This document shows, in pieces, positions 8,989 through 18,399 of a stretch of 64,000 nucleotides of DNA (position 1 is the first letter of the stretch; each line of letters starts with the position of its first letter). Below the pieces are notes generated by a model. The model was given only the letters and a program-made list of their open reading frames with translations. It did not search any database and was not told where the DNA came from. The DNA is taken from the sequence record NC_062582.1. One strand, 5' to 3'. Both the position numbers and the translations under genes were made by a program.

Positions 8989-10521
8989 ATGAATCCCCTA
9001 TTAAAAGCCGAGTGTTATACCCATGGAGTAAGACTTACTGAATACACCAGAGACATGCAAGATAAACTCTTTGGATTTCTAGAAAGCCTAAAACTGAAGG
9101 AACCAAAGAAGCTGCCCGGCAATAGGGTAGTAATGGAACTGAAGAAGAAATACTTCGGGGCTACAGAAGACGGAAAAGAAATTTACATCCATAGGAACTG
9201 TTATCAAGACCTGTTGGAATACCTAGCTAATAAAGGTGTCCCTAAATCCTACATCAATCAGGTTAACATTCCAGTGCCCAATGGCGCAAAAGCTGTATTC
9301 GAGTTATTACCACAATACGTACTCCGTGATTATCAAGAGATCATTAAATCCGATATCTTGAGACCTCATTTACATTCTGCACGTATCGACCTTTATACAG
9401 GTTATGGTAAGACTCTAACATCGTTGGCTGCTGCTGTAGACTTCGGTGAGAAAGTTTTGGTAATGGTACCACCTAAGTATTTTGGTATCTGGTCAGAAGC
9501 TTTAGAGAAAACATACAAGGACATTGCACAGCGTTGGATTACTGTATCGGGTTCAGCAGAACTTCAGAAACTGATTGACCGTGGTTTAGAGAATGACCTT
9601 GGCGATGTAGACGTTGTAATTGTATCGTCTACGACCTACAGGGCCTATCTGGACAACTACGAGAAGTATGGTGAGAAGATAGATTCATTAGGCTTTAACG
9701 TTCCTCCACCGAGGTTCCACGAAGCCTGTGGGTTTGGATTACAGATCAACGACGAGATTCAAGAAGATCCGGGCTTGTTGTTCCGTATCGATATCTTTAG
9801 TAACGTCAAGAAACAGATCTATCTGTCTGCAACTCCATTCACAGGTAATGCATTTGTAACGAAGATGATTGACAAACAACTGCCAAATGAAACGCAGTGT
9901 CGTCTTCCGAGTTATGAAGTGTTCATCAACTGTTTGGGTCTGTTGTATACGGAAGCTAAGATAAAACCACAAGACTACCTGACACCGTACAAGAACACTT
10001 ATAACCATGCTCGTTACGAAACTGTAATGATGAATAATCCGAAGCGTAAAATGGATTACTTCAAAATGGTTGCTCGTGTTGCTGAGGGCGTGTTCGTTAA
10101 GGACAAACTCCCAGAGCAGAAACTGTTGATCCTTTGTGCAACGGTGGCATTCATTGATGACCTTGTGGTATTCCTGAAAGAGAAGTATCCCGATCTCCAG
10201 ATCAACGGACACACTTCGGGTAGCCCATATGAACGTCTGATGAAGAACGACATTACAGTATCGACTATTAAGTCATCTGGTACTGGTGTGGATATTCCTA
10301 ACCTGCGAGAGTTAATGCTGTTGCAAGCTACGGGTTCAAAGAAGGATGCTATTCAGATCTTGGGTCGCCTGCGTAAGCTTAAAGCTTATCCAGATGTAAC
10401 ACCTAAACTGACCTTCATGGTTTGTACAACCATTCCACAACACTGTCGTTACGCCGATGCACACAAAGAGAACTTCGCTGGTCGTACGTTGTCTTTCAAA
10501 TACATGCGTGTCGGAATGTAA
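8989..10521 (+). CDS. SF2 helicase (phiKZ gp75-like), 510 aa
   Basis: LRDYQ Q-motif, TGYGKT Walker A, DEIQ Walker B variant, LSATP motif III, QILGRLRK motif VI. Confidence 0.88.
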   Translation: MNPLLKAECYTHGVRLTEYTRDMQDKLFGFLESLKLKEPKKLPGNRVVMELKKKYFGATEDGKEIYIHRNCYQDLLEYLANKGVPKSYINQVNIPVPNGAKAVFELLPQYVLRDYQEIIKSDILRPHLHSARIDLYTGYGKTLTSLAAAVDFGEKVLVMVPPKYFGIWSEALEKTYKDIAQRWITVSGSAELQKLIDRGLENDLGDVDVVIVSSTTYRAYLDNYEKYGEKIDSLGFNVPPPRFHEACGFGLQINDEIQEDPGLLFRIDIFSNVKKQIYLSATPFTGNAFVTKMIDKQLPNETQCRLPSYEVFINCLGLLYTEAKIKPQDYLTPYKNTYNHARYETVMMNNPKRKMDYFKMVARVAEGVFVKDKLPEQKLLILCATVAFIDDLVVFLKEKYPDLQINGHTSGSPYERLMKNDITVSTIKSSGTGVDIPNLRELMLLQATGSKKDAIQILGRLRKLKAYPDVTPKLTFMVCTTIPQHCRYADAHKENFAGRTLSFKYMRVGM

Positions 10522-10526
10522 AACAT

Positions 10527-10546
10527 GCCCCACCTTTGGGTGGGGT
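10527..10546 (+). terminator. Hairpin terminator
   Basis: GCCCCACC-TTTG-GGTGGGGT then TTATG. Confidence 0.65.
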
Positions 10547-10568
10547 TTATGCCCTTTAGGAGATATAA

Positions 10569-10778
10569 ATGAAACACGTGATCGTATCTTTGATTTTCAT
10601 TGCCCTAACACTATGGAACTTTAAGACCGGGACTGATAAGATTAAACAACTTCGAAGTCAATATGGTCGTTTGCCAAATAGCTTCTATTACTTTTACATT
10701 GGTTTCCCGTCGCTGTTTGCCTGCTTCACAGTCTTTGTGATTTATGCGGAATACCAGTTTTACCTCGGGGGTAATTAA
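10569..10778 (+). CDS. Small membrane protein, 69 aa, two hydrophobic segments
   Basis: AGGAG RBS; hydrophobic N- and C-terminal stretches. Confidence 0.7.
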   Translation: MKHVIVSLIFIALTLWNFKTGTDKIKQLRSQYGRLPNSFYYFYIGFPSLFACFTVFVIYAEYQFYLGGN

Positions 10779-10939
10779 TGGCTAACCTTGGTGTTTCTAT
10801 TGCAGTAATCTTTGTGTCGCTTGCCAGTACATTGGTGATGTATCTTAATCAAGATAAGGATAAACCAATTGGCTGGGTGGTCGTTATTGCATGCTGCGCG
10901 GCATTTGTTCAAGCTCTTAATCTAATGGGGTTCTTCTAA
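10778..10939 (+). CDS. Small membrane protein, 53 aa (missed by ORF track)
   Basis: TAATG coupling; MANLGVSIAVIFVSLASTLVMYLNQDKDKPIGWVVVIACCAAFVQALNLMGFF. Confidence 0.65.
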   Translation: MANLGVSIAVIFVSLASTLVMYLNQDKDKPIGWVVVIACCAAFVQALNLMGFF

Positions 10940-11094
10940 TGTGGTTATTCATCCCGCTTATTATTTTGTTGATGTTTCTAACAGAGGAAAAGGTAAAAAA
11001 TAAATACCTCCAATTTGTATTGTTCCTTGCTCTTTGTTTTGCCATGGCTTATATACTAGCTTATCAACCAACCTGGATGGAGCATCTCATTTGA
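10939..11094 (+). CDS. Small membrane protein, 51 aa (missed by ORF track)
   Basis: TAATG coupling; MWLFIPLIILLMFLTEEKVKNKYLQFVLFLALCFAMAYILAYQPTWMEHLI. Confidence 0.65.
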   Translation: MWLFIPLIILLMFLTEEKVKNKYLQFVLFLALCFAMAYILAYQPTWMEHLI

Positions 11095-11330
11095 ACATTC
11101 TCTATGTTTTTTTAATGTCGCTTGTAATAGATTTTTATCTGTGCTGGCGATTTTATAAAGAAACCCGCTCACGATTTTCGGACTGGAAAATAGGGCGTGT
11201 TACTCTTTTGGCTTTTGCCATTACAATGGTAAGTACTGTACAACTAATTTCTGGAATAGTTGCCTGGGTAATGTACTATAACGGTACTTACCTATTGGAG
11301 AACGGCTGGAACATTATTAAGTTCTGTTGA
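11091..11330 (+). CDS. Small membrane protein, about 79 aa
   Basis: TTGA overlap with previous stop and GGAG RBS favour TTG at 11091 over the track start 11034. Confidence 0.6.
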   Translation: MNILYVFLMSLVIDFYLCWRFYKETRSRFSDWKIGRVTLLAFAITMVSTVQLISGIVAWVMYYNGTYLLENGWNIIKFC

Positions 11331-11340
11331 AGGTACTTAT

Positions 11341-11496
11341 ATGCGTTACGTATACTTAGCTATACTGTACCTGATTGTCTGTAAGGGCTTAAGTAAAGCA
11401 TTGTCTGTACCGTACTGGCCCTTCGTTGTATTCATGACGCTAGCGTTCCTTATAACACCTCTGTCGTTTGTGTTTTCAGGTCTGTACTTTAAATAG
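11341..11496 (+). CDS. Small membrane protein, 51 aa (missed by ORF track)
   Basis: GAAGG RBS; MRYVYLAILYLIVCKGLSKALSVPYWPFVVFMTLAFLITPLSFVFSGLYFK. Confidence 0.62.
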   Translation: MRYVYLAILYLIVCKGLSKALSVPYWPFVVFMTLAFLITPLSFVFSGLYFK

Positions 11497-11511
11497 AACC
11501 GATTTAAAGAC

Positions 11512-11519
11512 TATATTAC
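11512..11519 (+). promoter_or_regulatory. phiKZ-type early promoter TATATTAC
   Basis: Exact match to the phiKZ early consensus, intergenic, upstream of an RBS and ORF. Confidence 0.65.
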
Positions 11520-11555
11520 AAACCTGATATCATGGCAACCAATGAGGAGTTAACC

Positions 11556-11768
11556 ATGTCTATCGCAATGTTAGTCCTAATCGTATTCTACTCGATCATC
11601 GGTATAAAGCTGTTGGTTAGATTCGTAGTATCGATTCGGAACAAAGCTACATTCTTCACTGAGAAAACAACCCGGCTGTTAACATGGCTGATTGTTGGCC
11701 ATTTGATAGTTGGATTCTTCTGGGGCTTGATCTACTACATCAAGATGATTGTTGTAGTAGGTTTATAA
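11556..11768 (+). CDS. Small membrane protein, about 70 aa
   Basis: GAGGAG RBS precedes ATG 11556; two hydrophobic segments. Confidence 0.7.
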   Translation: MSIAMLVLIVFYSIIGIKLLVRFVVSIRNKATFFTEKTTRLLTWLIVGHLIVGFFWGLIYYIKMIVVVGL

Positions 11769-11780
11769 AAGACGGCATAA

Positions 11781-11802
11781 GCCCTCTCCTTCGGGAGAGG
11801 GC
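11781..11802. terminator. Bidirectional intrinsic terminator
   Basis: GCCCTCTCC-TTCG-GGAGAGGGC with GCATAA/TTATGT outer arms and long T tract. Confidence 0.85.
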
Positions 11803-11829
11803 GTTATGTCTTTATTTTTTTTTGTTTCT

Positions 11830-12330
11830 TTAAGCCACGATGTTTTGAATTTCTCGTGTAACTTGTCGTGTGGTAATACTTTCTTGCACTGACTGGGACT
11901 CAGCCATCTCAACAAAGAATCTAGCATCGCTGTAAGGCAGCTGGAAGAACTCTAAGATGTTTAACCGGGTAATGTCACCCAGTCTATAGTTAAAGTATTT
12001 CCGTTGCCACGTGCGCCTTGGACCGCCTTCAATGATGTTCTCTTTATCATGCAAGCGCATGAGATCGATAGGGTCATCATCAACATGGTCACAAATGCCA
12101 TAGTCTCTGTGATAAGCTTTGCGGGTAACCAGTTCAGCTGTAACTGGTCTTATAGCACCCATCTCATAAACGAGCGCATCGAATGCAGGGGTTTCCTGAT
12201 CAATACGCCCGAAGGTATGAAATGTAACGTGTCCATTAGGGTCTTTAGCGTCGATCTGTAATCGGCTAGACTTAGGATCGACGTTCTTATGTTCTACCCC
12301 AAGTGGGCTACTTTCCGGCCCGCCAACGTA
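11830..12330 (-). CDS. gp76-like reading frame, candidate -1 frameshift extension (GT/T4 gp51-like) of the upstream gene; first ATG at 12162
   Basis: Frame is open from 12348; no ATG/GTG/TTG before 12162. C-terminal YRLGDITRLNILEFFQLPYSDARFFVEM resembles tail-chaperone T-segment / gp51-type motifs. Confidence 0.65.
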   Translation of the reverse strand, partial: YVGGPESSPLGVEHKNVDPKSSRLQIDAKDPNGHVTFHTFGRIDQETPAFDALVYEMGAIRPVTAELVTRKAYHRDYGICDHVDDDPIDLMRLHDKENIIEGGPRRTWQRKYFNYRLGDITRLNILEFFQLPYSDARFFVEMAESQSVQESITTRQVTREIQNIVA

Positions 12331-13886
12331 AAAAACGTAATGACCATATCAATTGGAGAGATGTGACCCAGACGTTCATTGAAAGCTTTACCTTGTGGCG
12401 AATCACATACTTCACAGTTATGACTTACCAGACCAACGATAACGATTACGGATTCGTTACTGAAGTTTACAATGGCATCAGCAAACCGCTCAGAGAACTC
12501 AGGGGTAGACAGTGTGCCTTTCATGTATTCCAGAATGAGTTCTGGATCTTCAGAGAACAACTGTTCCTCAAGCGTGAGAGCTTTTTCGTCACGGTCGTAG
12601 ATTGCCTGTACCCAGTGAGAGTACTGAGTGGCAATAGTGGACTTCTTCAGTTTCTGAATATAAGCCAGACGACTGTTGCCATGTGGTGGTTCATTGAATA
12701 CGCCTTGCGACATTTCAATCAAACCGTCGTACCATTGTTGCCCAGATACTTTACGAGTAGCGATAGTCGGTTCAGCCAACTTCAGACCAATGTCACCCAG
12801 CCATACAACTTTAGCATTACCAATAGCGAAGGCTTCACGATAAGCTTTGAAGTCGTCATCGGTAGCTGGTTGGAAACGCTTAGCAATAAAACGTTTTTGA
12901 TCAGCAGAGAACACGCTATTATCGTAGTAGATAATGTTAGCCATGTTCATTTTGAAAGTAGTTACAGCAGAGCACTTGTCAGGATCTGCGATGCATGGGT
13001 TACTGTAGTTAAAACCATCAAGGTAAAGTGTGGCTGCCAGACCATGGTGGAGTGCAACTTCGTCAAAAAGAGTGATTTCATGTTCAAGGTCCGCTGGGGT
13101 ATTAAAAGATTTGTTACTACCAATTACACATTGCAATGCAAGGTTAGTAATGAGGTCAAGCATAATGAAGTCGGCATGGGAATAACTAGCACCTTTGGTT
13201 TCGGCACCCAGTGTAAGTTTCAATGCTTGGAGTTCGGTTTGCAGTGTTACCAGTTCGTCGAGGGTAGGTTGACGCAGACGCAGCCAAATACCAGAACGAG
13301 GCAGGAACGTTTCAAAGCTACCACCTTGACCAGAACGAGAGTTCAGATAAGCCAGTTGAGCTTCTTTAGAAACCTTACGGGATCTATCGTTAACTTGTTG
13401 CGGTGCACCAGGTCGCTCAAGACGCTCGTTACCAACATCGATACCATCTTGCCAATAACTACCAGCACGTTCTAGAGCACCGTATGGAGCACTCTCAAGA
13501 CTGGTGTGACGCATACCCGAAGAGATTGCAGCCAGCCATTTCTGATCACGATCAGATTCAGCCATCTTCCCTTCTTGCATCGCTTTCAGAACATCATTAC
13601 AACGATTAAGAACGTCAATAATAGTGTTAGGGTTTTCGCGAATGAAGGCGAGCAGAGGATTCGTATCTGGAATAGGAGCGACAAAAGGTTTACGTTCGTT
13701 CGAGAAATTAACGAAATTCTGGTTTGGTACAAAGATCTCACGATCAATATACTGGAGAGGTAGAAACTCATTAGGCTTTTGCCCACCATGTGCTTCTTCG
13801 ATACGGTCACCCAAGGATGCTGCTTGTTGGGTTTCGCCCCAACCTTCTGCGGTAGAGCCATCTTGTTCATCAAATTTATCTGTCAT
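12294..13886 (-). CDS. phiKZ gp77-like protein; T4 gp26-like hub / tail assembly chaperone candidate, 530 aa
   Basis: IWLRLRQPTLDELVTL, Cys pairs NPCIADPDKC and NCEVC; AAGAGG RBS. Confidence 0.55.
   Translation of the reverse strand: MTDKFDEQDGSTAEGWGETQQAASLGDRIEEAHGGQKPNEFLPLQYIDREIFVPNQNFVNFSNERKPFVAPIPDTNPLLAFIRENPNTIIDVLNRCNDVLKAMQEGKMAESDRDQKWLAAISSGMRHTSLESAPYGALERAGSYWQDGIDVGNERLERPGAPQQVNDRSRKVSKEAQLAYLNSRSGQGGSFETFLPRSGIWLRLRQPTLDELVTLQTELQALKLTLGAETKGASYSHADFIMLDLITNLALQCVIGSNKSFNTPADLEHEITLFDEVALHHGLAATLYLDGFNYSNPCIADPDKCSAVTTFKMNMANIIYYDNSVFSADQKRFIAKRFQPATDDDFKAYREAFAIGNAKVVWLGDIGLKLAEPTIATRKVSGQQWYDGLIEMSQGVFNEPPHGNSRLAYIQKLKKSTIATQYSHWVQAIYDRDEKALTLEEQLFSEDPELILEYMKGTLSTPEFSERFADAIVNFSNESVIVIVGLVSHNCEVCDSPQGKAFNERLGHISPIDMVITFFTLAGRKVAHLG
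12330..12336 (-). promoter_or_regulatory. Candidate -1 frameshift slippery site G TTT TTT
   Basis: In frame in the 530-aa gene, inside the 55-nt window where the -1 frame is already open. Confidence 0.55.
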
Positions 13887-13895
13887 GGGGTAACC

Positions 13896-14390
13896 TTATT
13901 TAATTTCGAGTTCAGTGATACCAGCTGCTTCCAGAATGTCAGCTACTTGTACAACGAGTGGTTGAATAGCACGTTCCAGATAGCCTTGCAATTCGGAATA
14001 ACCAAATGCAACTTTCTGTACCAAGGCAAAATCTTCATCAGCTACAGCACCTTTCTTCTCGACATGTTGATCGCTCAAGAGAGTGCTGGCCTCAATCAAT
14101 TGACCGATGTCAAAAGTTAGAGTACTCATGATCTTACTGAAACCTTCCGGATCACTTACTTTGCTCTTAACCAATTCCAAGTTACCTTGTACAGGCAGGA
14201 CAACCAGTGAGGTACTATTAATACCTTTCAGCAATGCCTTCTGCATTTCGGTTACAATGCTCCAGCCATCTTGGCGCAGCATTTCAGTGGCAGCTTTCTC
14301 AGTGTCAGCAGCGACCTGTTCCAAGTGATCAAAGGTAATCGGAGTTTCTTCAGTGATGTCGGTCAGAGCTACAGTAGTTTGTTCGGTCAT
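13896..14390 (-). CDS. Hypothetical protein, about 164 aa
   Basis: AAAGGA RBS before ATG 14390 (MTEQTT...) favours this start over 14540. Confidence 0.7.
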   Translation of the reverse strand: MTEQTTVALTDITEETPITFDHLEQVAADTEKAATEMLRQDGWSIVTEMQKALLKGINSTSLVVLPVQGNLELVKSKVSDPEGFSKIMSTLTFDIGQLIEASTLLSDQHVEKKGAVADEDFALVQKVAFGYSELQGYLERAIQPLVVQVADILEAAGITELEIK

Positions 14391-14637
14391 TGCGTTTGTT
14401 CCTTTATTAAAAATGGTATTAAGAGCTGCATCGATGCGACGATTATCTTCGTCGGTAGGAGGAGATAAATGTGCACACTCATGTGCATTTGGAATAATTG
14501 AAGGTTCCATTGGATTCCTATTAAATGCGTGGATTAACATAACTTTAAACTAGGTGGTATTCTTTTCCTATTAAAAGAAAGACAAAGGACCATAACCGTA
14601 TGTTAAATACATCACCCTCACAATAGGTTAACCTACT

Positions 14638-15474
14638 ATGAAAGAAGAGATTAGGAAAGTATTAGAGCACCTGATCCTGAATGAACAATTGGAAGTCATT
14701 CTGGATATCGTTGACACTTTACTCTCATTAAATTATGAAACAGCATTGGATGAAATCTCTACGATTATTATGATCGCAGACGACTACGCAGATATGTCCA
14801 TGTTGGTGGAGCGTATCAACGATATTCTTCGTACTGCCTTGGATTATATCCTCGGTACTTATGAAGTCATTGTTGCTGATGAAGCAACTGCCTTCCAAAG
14901 ACACGCCGTAGTTAAAGCGCTTGTGGGCATCCCTCTATATATCCTTCCAGACGATATCTCTAAAGTCATTGAAGCGGTATATGACAATGAGGAAACACTT
15001 GCACATATCGTAACGATGTTTGTACCGATTGACACGGATGAGATCTTAGAACAGATCGTAAGTATTTCTCAAGGTTCTTTCGATAACATCAAAACGACTA
15101 TCGCTAATAAGTTGTTGACCCGTGGTGTAGCTACTGAACATATCAGTGACACAGATCGTGTGATGGCTATTAATAAGCTGATCACCATCTTAGGTAAAGA
15201 ACACCTACAGTTAATTACAGAGTTGTCTAACTCTGGTGTCCATGTTGGTCGATCCATGGAGCAATTGCTTAACATGAGCTTCGAGGCATTGGAGACGCGC
15301 AACGTAGAAGATGCAGCGAAAGAGATCATTGGTCTTGTTTGGTTTTCGGATACACCTATTGATCAAATTAATCAAACCATCGTTCGCACGTTTGAAGAAT
15401 ATACAGAAAACAATATGGAACGCAGTATGATGATGCGTGTTCTAAATGAGTACAAGGTGGCTTATGGGTCCTAA
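14638..15474 (+). CDS. Virion structural protein candidate (phiKZ gp79-like), 278 aa
   Basis: Synteny, directly upstream of vRNAP subunit; helical, acidic. Confidence 0.55.
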   Translation: MKEEIRKVLEHLILNEQLEVILDIVDTLLSLNYETALDEISTIIMIADDYADMSMLVERINDILRTALDYILGTYEVIVADEATAFQRHAVVKALVGIPLYILPDDISKVIEAVYDNEETLAHIVTMFVPIDTDEILEQIVSISQGSFDNIKTTIANKLLTRGVATEHISDTDRVMAINKLITILGKEHLQLITELSNSGVHVGRSMEQLLNMSFEALETRNVEDAAKEIIGLVWFSDTPIDQINQTIVRTFEEYTENNMERSMMMRVLNEYKVAYGS

Positions 15475-15475
15475 G

Positions 15476-16816
15476 ATGAAGTTAAGAGATTTCTTCCTGC
15501 TCGGTGTTAAAGCAGGAATGGGTCGTAAGCGGGCATGGATGAACTTACTGTTTAACGTAGTTTACGAATCCAATCTAAAACGCCCGATCATGTACCAACC
15601 TCATATCGAAAACGACGAGATGTATTTCTACATGCCGGATTCGAATGAGAAGATTTATATTGAGGATTACATTCCTGGTCGTGCTCCTCTCCATTTCTTG
15701 GATGAGTTTATTCTGAAAGCTGGAGACCTGTCTAACTACCCGGAAGGCCCAGACATTCGAACCACTTATGGTAATGTGTTTACTAACCAAATGTGTTTGA
15801 TCGAAACTGTAGGTAATGCTTTTCCGTTTCAAACGGGCGTATTTCCAGCTGCTAAATTGGGTGGTCTTATCCTAGAGAATGCGGTAGACAATCGTGAAGA
15901 TGGTGACACCACTACCTTCCATCCTGAACCAGGTAAGTTCTATATCTGGCAGTACACAAAGTTCTGTGAATATTGCATGGCTCTCCCAGGCTACGCTGAT
16001 GGTCTGGTAACATCTACTACTCGTGCTTCCTTGCAGGGTAATGACGATTGGTTTGCTGTCCGTGATAAATGGATTAAAGATAACCACGATCGATTGACTG
16101 ACCCAGCCGCTGTTGCAGAGTTGAGTGTGATTGCTGACAAGATGGATGACGAGTATTTAAAAGATGACGAATCTTTCCTATACTACAAGTCCAAGAAGAA
16201 GCTTGCAGGTTGCCGTCGTAAACTACACTACTTCTTTGGTGGTGAGTCTCCGTTCAGTGACGGCACTACAGTTGAACTGATTGCTAAGTCTTTGGAAGAA
16301 GGCTTGGATATGGACAAACTTCCAGTGATGAACAACTCCCTGCGTTTCGGTTCTTATAACCGTGGTTCTCAAACGGCACTGGGTGGTGAGTCTACTAAAA
16401 CAATTTATCGAATGGTTGGTACTATTCGTATTGTTGAACACGACTGCAAGACTTGGCTGGGTACTCCAGTTATGGTTACCAAGTTTAACGGCAAAGGTTT
16501 CATTGGTTATACGTACATTGAAGATGGACATAACATCCTAATCACCAAAGATAACTTGAATGATATCATGGGTCGTAAAGTAAACCTGCGTGGTCCTATG
16601 ACCTGCAAGACTGGTCGTGATCCTAGTTCTGGTCTCATTGGTACAGGTCGTAACATTTGTGCTGTATGCGCGGGCTCTGACCTTGCTGAGAACCCACATG
16701 CCGTACCAGCTGCAACTGCTGGTGTTGGTGGTCGATTCCTTTCTGTGTTCATGTCTAAGATGCACAGCTCTACACTTACCACAGTTAAATGGGATATGCA
16801 CAGGCGACTGTCGTAA
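15476..16816 (+). CDS. Virion RNA polymerase beta' subunit, middle/C part (phiKZ gp80-like)
   Basis: RFGSYNRGSQTALGG bridge-helix-like region, EHDCKT, LRGPMTCK...ICAVCAG Zn site, FLSVFMSKMH trigger-loop-like. AAGG RBS favours ATG 15476. Confidence 0.85.
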   Translation: MKLRDFFLLGVKAGMGRKRAWMNLLFNVVYESNLKRPIMYQPHIENDEMYFYMPDSNEKIYIEDYIPGRAPLHFLDEFILKAGDLSNYPEGPDIRTTYGNVFTNQMCLIETVGNAFPFQTGVFPAAKLGGLILENAVDNREDGDTTTFHPEPGKFYIWQYTKFCEYCMALPGYADGLVTSTTRASLQGNDDWFAVRDKWIKDNHDRLTDPAAVAELSVIADKMDDEYLKDDESFLYYKSKKKLAGCRRKLHYFFGGESPFSDGTTVELIAKSLEEGLDMDKLPVMNNSLRFGSYNRGSQTALGGESTKTIYRMVGTIRIVEHDCKTWLGTPVMVTKFNGKGFIGYTYIEDGHNILITKDNLNDIMGRKVNLRGPMTCKTGRDPSSGLIGTGRNICAVCAGSDLAENPHAVPAATAGVGGRFLSVFMSKMHSSTLTTVKWDMHRRLS

Positions 16817-16831
16817 CCCTATTTTATAGTT

Positions 16832-16853
16832 AAGGGATCTTTCGAGGTCCCTT
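16832..16853 (+). terminator. Hairpin terminator
   Basis: AAGGGATCT-TTCG-AGGTCCCTT. Confidence 0.6.
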
Positions 16854-16883
16854 TAATAATTTCAACCTAAAAGGAAATACTCG

Positions 16884-18383
16884 ATGTCTAATAAAAACCG
16901 CAACCGTGGACAATTCCCTAACAACCGTCCAGCTCCTGTTGCCGCTAACCTCGAAGATGATACAACTGATAAATTTGAAGATGATGCCGTTGATTTCAGT
17001 GGCGTTAAAGAAACCCCCGAATTGTTTGAACCATCCGAAGGGCAAGACCTGGTTGTAGCTCGTGTTGAGGGCTATGAAGCTTTTAATGCAGCTGGTGAAT
17101 CGATCGGTGTAATTGGTCCAAAGGGCGAAACAGGTCCACGCGGCCCTGCACGCCCTGCTGGTTACAACTACGACGGTACTGTAGTTACCCCTGACAACGA
17201 TCATCGTACTGAAGAAGATCGTGCTACCGATGAAGCTTCTACTGAAGAGCATCCAAATGATCGAGTTGGTGATCAAACCACATCATCTCTGGAAGAATCT
17301 GTAGAAGATGAACAAGGCGCTCTTGATGACGAACGTGAGTTCGAAGAGAATCCAGAGAACGACCAGAGTCATGACGACGAAGAAGAACCAGAAGTTGAAT
17401 CTGAAGAACCCGCTGCACCGGTTTATCCTTTCTCCGAACTGGAAACCTGGACCGTAGAAGAACTCGAAAACTATATCTCTCGTCCTGAGAATATCGATGT
17501 ATACCACAGTAAGTTGGTAAAGGCTATTGGTCTGCACCGTCAACTGTTTACTAAGTTGAATGAAGCTTGGTCTGTAGACGAATGTACTGCTTTCTTTAAG
17601 GAAGGCGTAGAACCAGCTAAGACTTCTAAAGGTTGCTATGTAAATGATGTAACCCGTCGTCTGCGTCGTGAATCCAGTTGGACTACACAAGAACTCGAAT
17701 CTTGGGCTCTGGGTGAAATCAAACCAGAAGGTCTGGTAACTACTAACGGTCTGGCGGTTCAGTTACATGAACGTTTTGCAATGCCCATTAACTCCGTTGA
17801 TCCAGAGTTGGTTATTGCACACTACAAACATCACTTCGGTCCTAACAAGGGTCAAGTTAAACTCGTTGGTCAAATCCCTACTGCTAAAGCTGTACAGCCT
17901 ACAGTTGCAGAGGCTAAAGTGACCGAACAAAAAATCAAATATGCAGGACTTACCGAAATGAATCAAACTTACATTGAAGAAACTCTTAAGAAATACTGTG
18001 ATGCTGTTCGACCTAATCGTGTCATTACTCCAGCCAAGGGTAACGAAGCCCAACGTGAACTGCACAATGTAGTTAAATCCATCCTGGCTGAACAAGATCC
18101 AGTTGGCGTTAAATCTGGTCTGGACATTCTGTTTAAGGTTATCAACGAAGAACGTCTGATCAATCCTAAAGGTGTGTTCTCCGATACCAACATCTTCCGT
18201 TTTGCCGAAGGTATCTCTGAAGTAGGTCGTGAACAAGAAATCCATCGCCGTCTGTTTACTCTGTTCTTTGCTTTCATTGATGGTGATGAAGGTATCCTGG
18301 CACAGACCGATGTACAAGAACTTGTTAAGTATCTCCCAAGTCGTCAACAGAACCAACTGTTCGCATACTTTGGCCGTGCATAA
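16884..18383 (+). CDS. Hypothetical protein (phiKZ gp81 position) with acidic disordered N-half, 499 aa
   Basis: AAAGGA RBS; D/E-rich residues about 15-180; short G-X-Y run. Confidence 0.75.
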   Translation: MSNKNRNRGQFPNNRPAPVAANLEDDTTDKFEDDAVDFSGVKETPELFEPSEGQDLVVARVEGYEAFNAAGESIGVIGPKGETGPRGPARPAGYNYDGTVVTPDNDHRTEEDRATDEASTEEHPNDRVGDQTTSSLEESVEDEQGALDDEREFEENPENDQSHDDEEEPEVESEEPAAPVYPFSELETWTVEELENYISRPENIDVYHSKLVKAIGLHRQLFTKLNEAWSVDECTAFFKEGVEPAKTSKGCYVNDVTRRLRRESSWTTQELESWALGEIKPEGLVTTNGLAVQLHERFAMPINSVDPELVIAHYKHHFGPNKGQVKLVGQIPTAKAVQPTVAEAKVTEQKIKYAGLTEMNQTYIEETLKKYCDAVRPNRVITPAKGNEAQRELHNVVKSILAEQDPVGVKSGLDILFKVINEERLINPKGVFSDTNIFRFAEGISEVGREQEIHRRLFTLFFAFIDGDEGILAQTDVQELVKYLPSRQQNQLFAYFGRA

Positions 18384-18399
18384 GCGAGACAACATAGAC

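Noticed and set aside
12303-13475. 390-aa plus-strand ORF
   Set aside because: Antisense shadow of the 530-aa gene.
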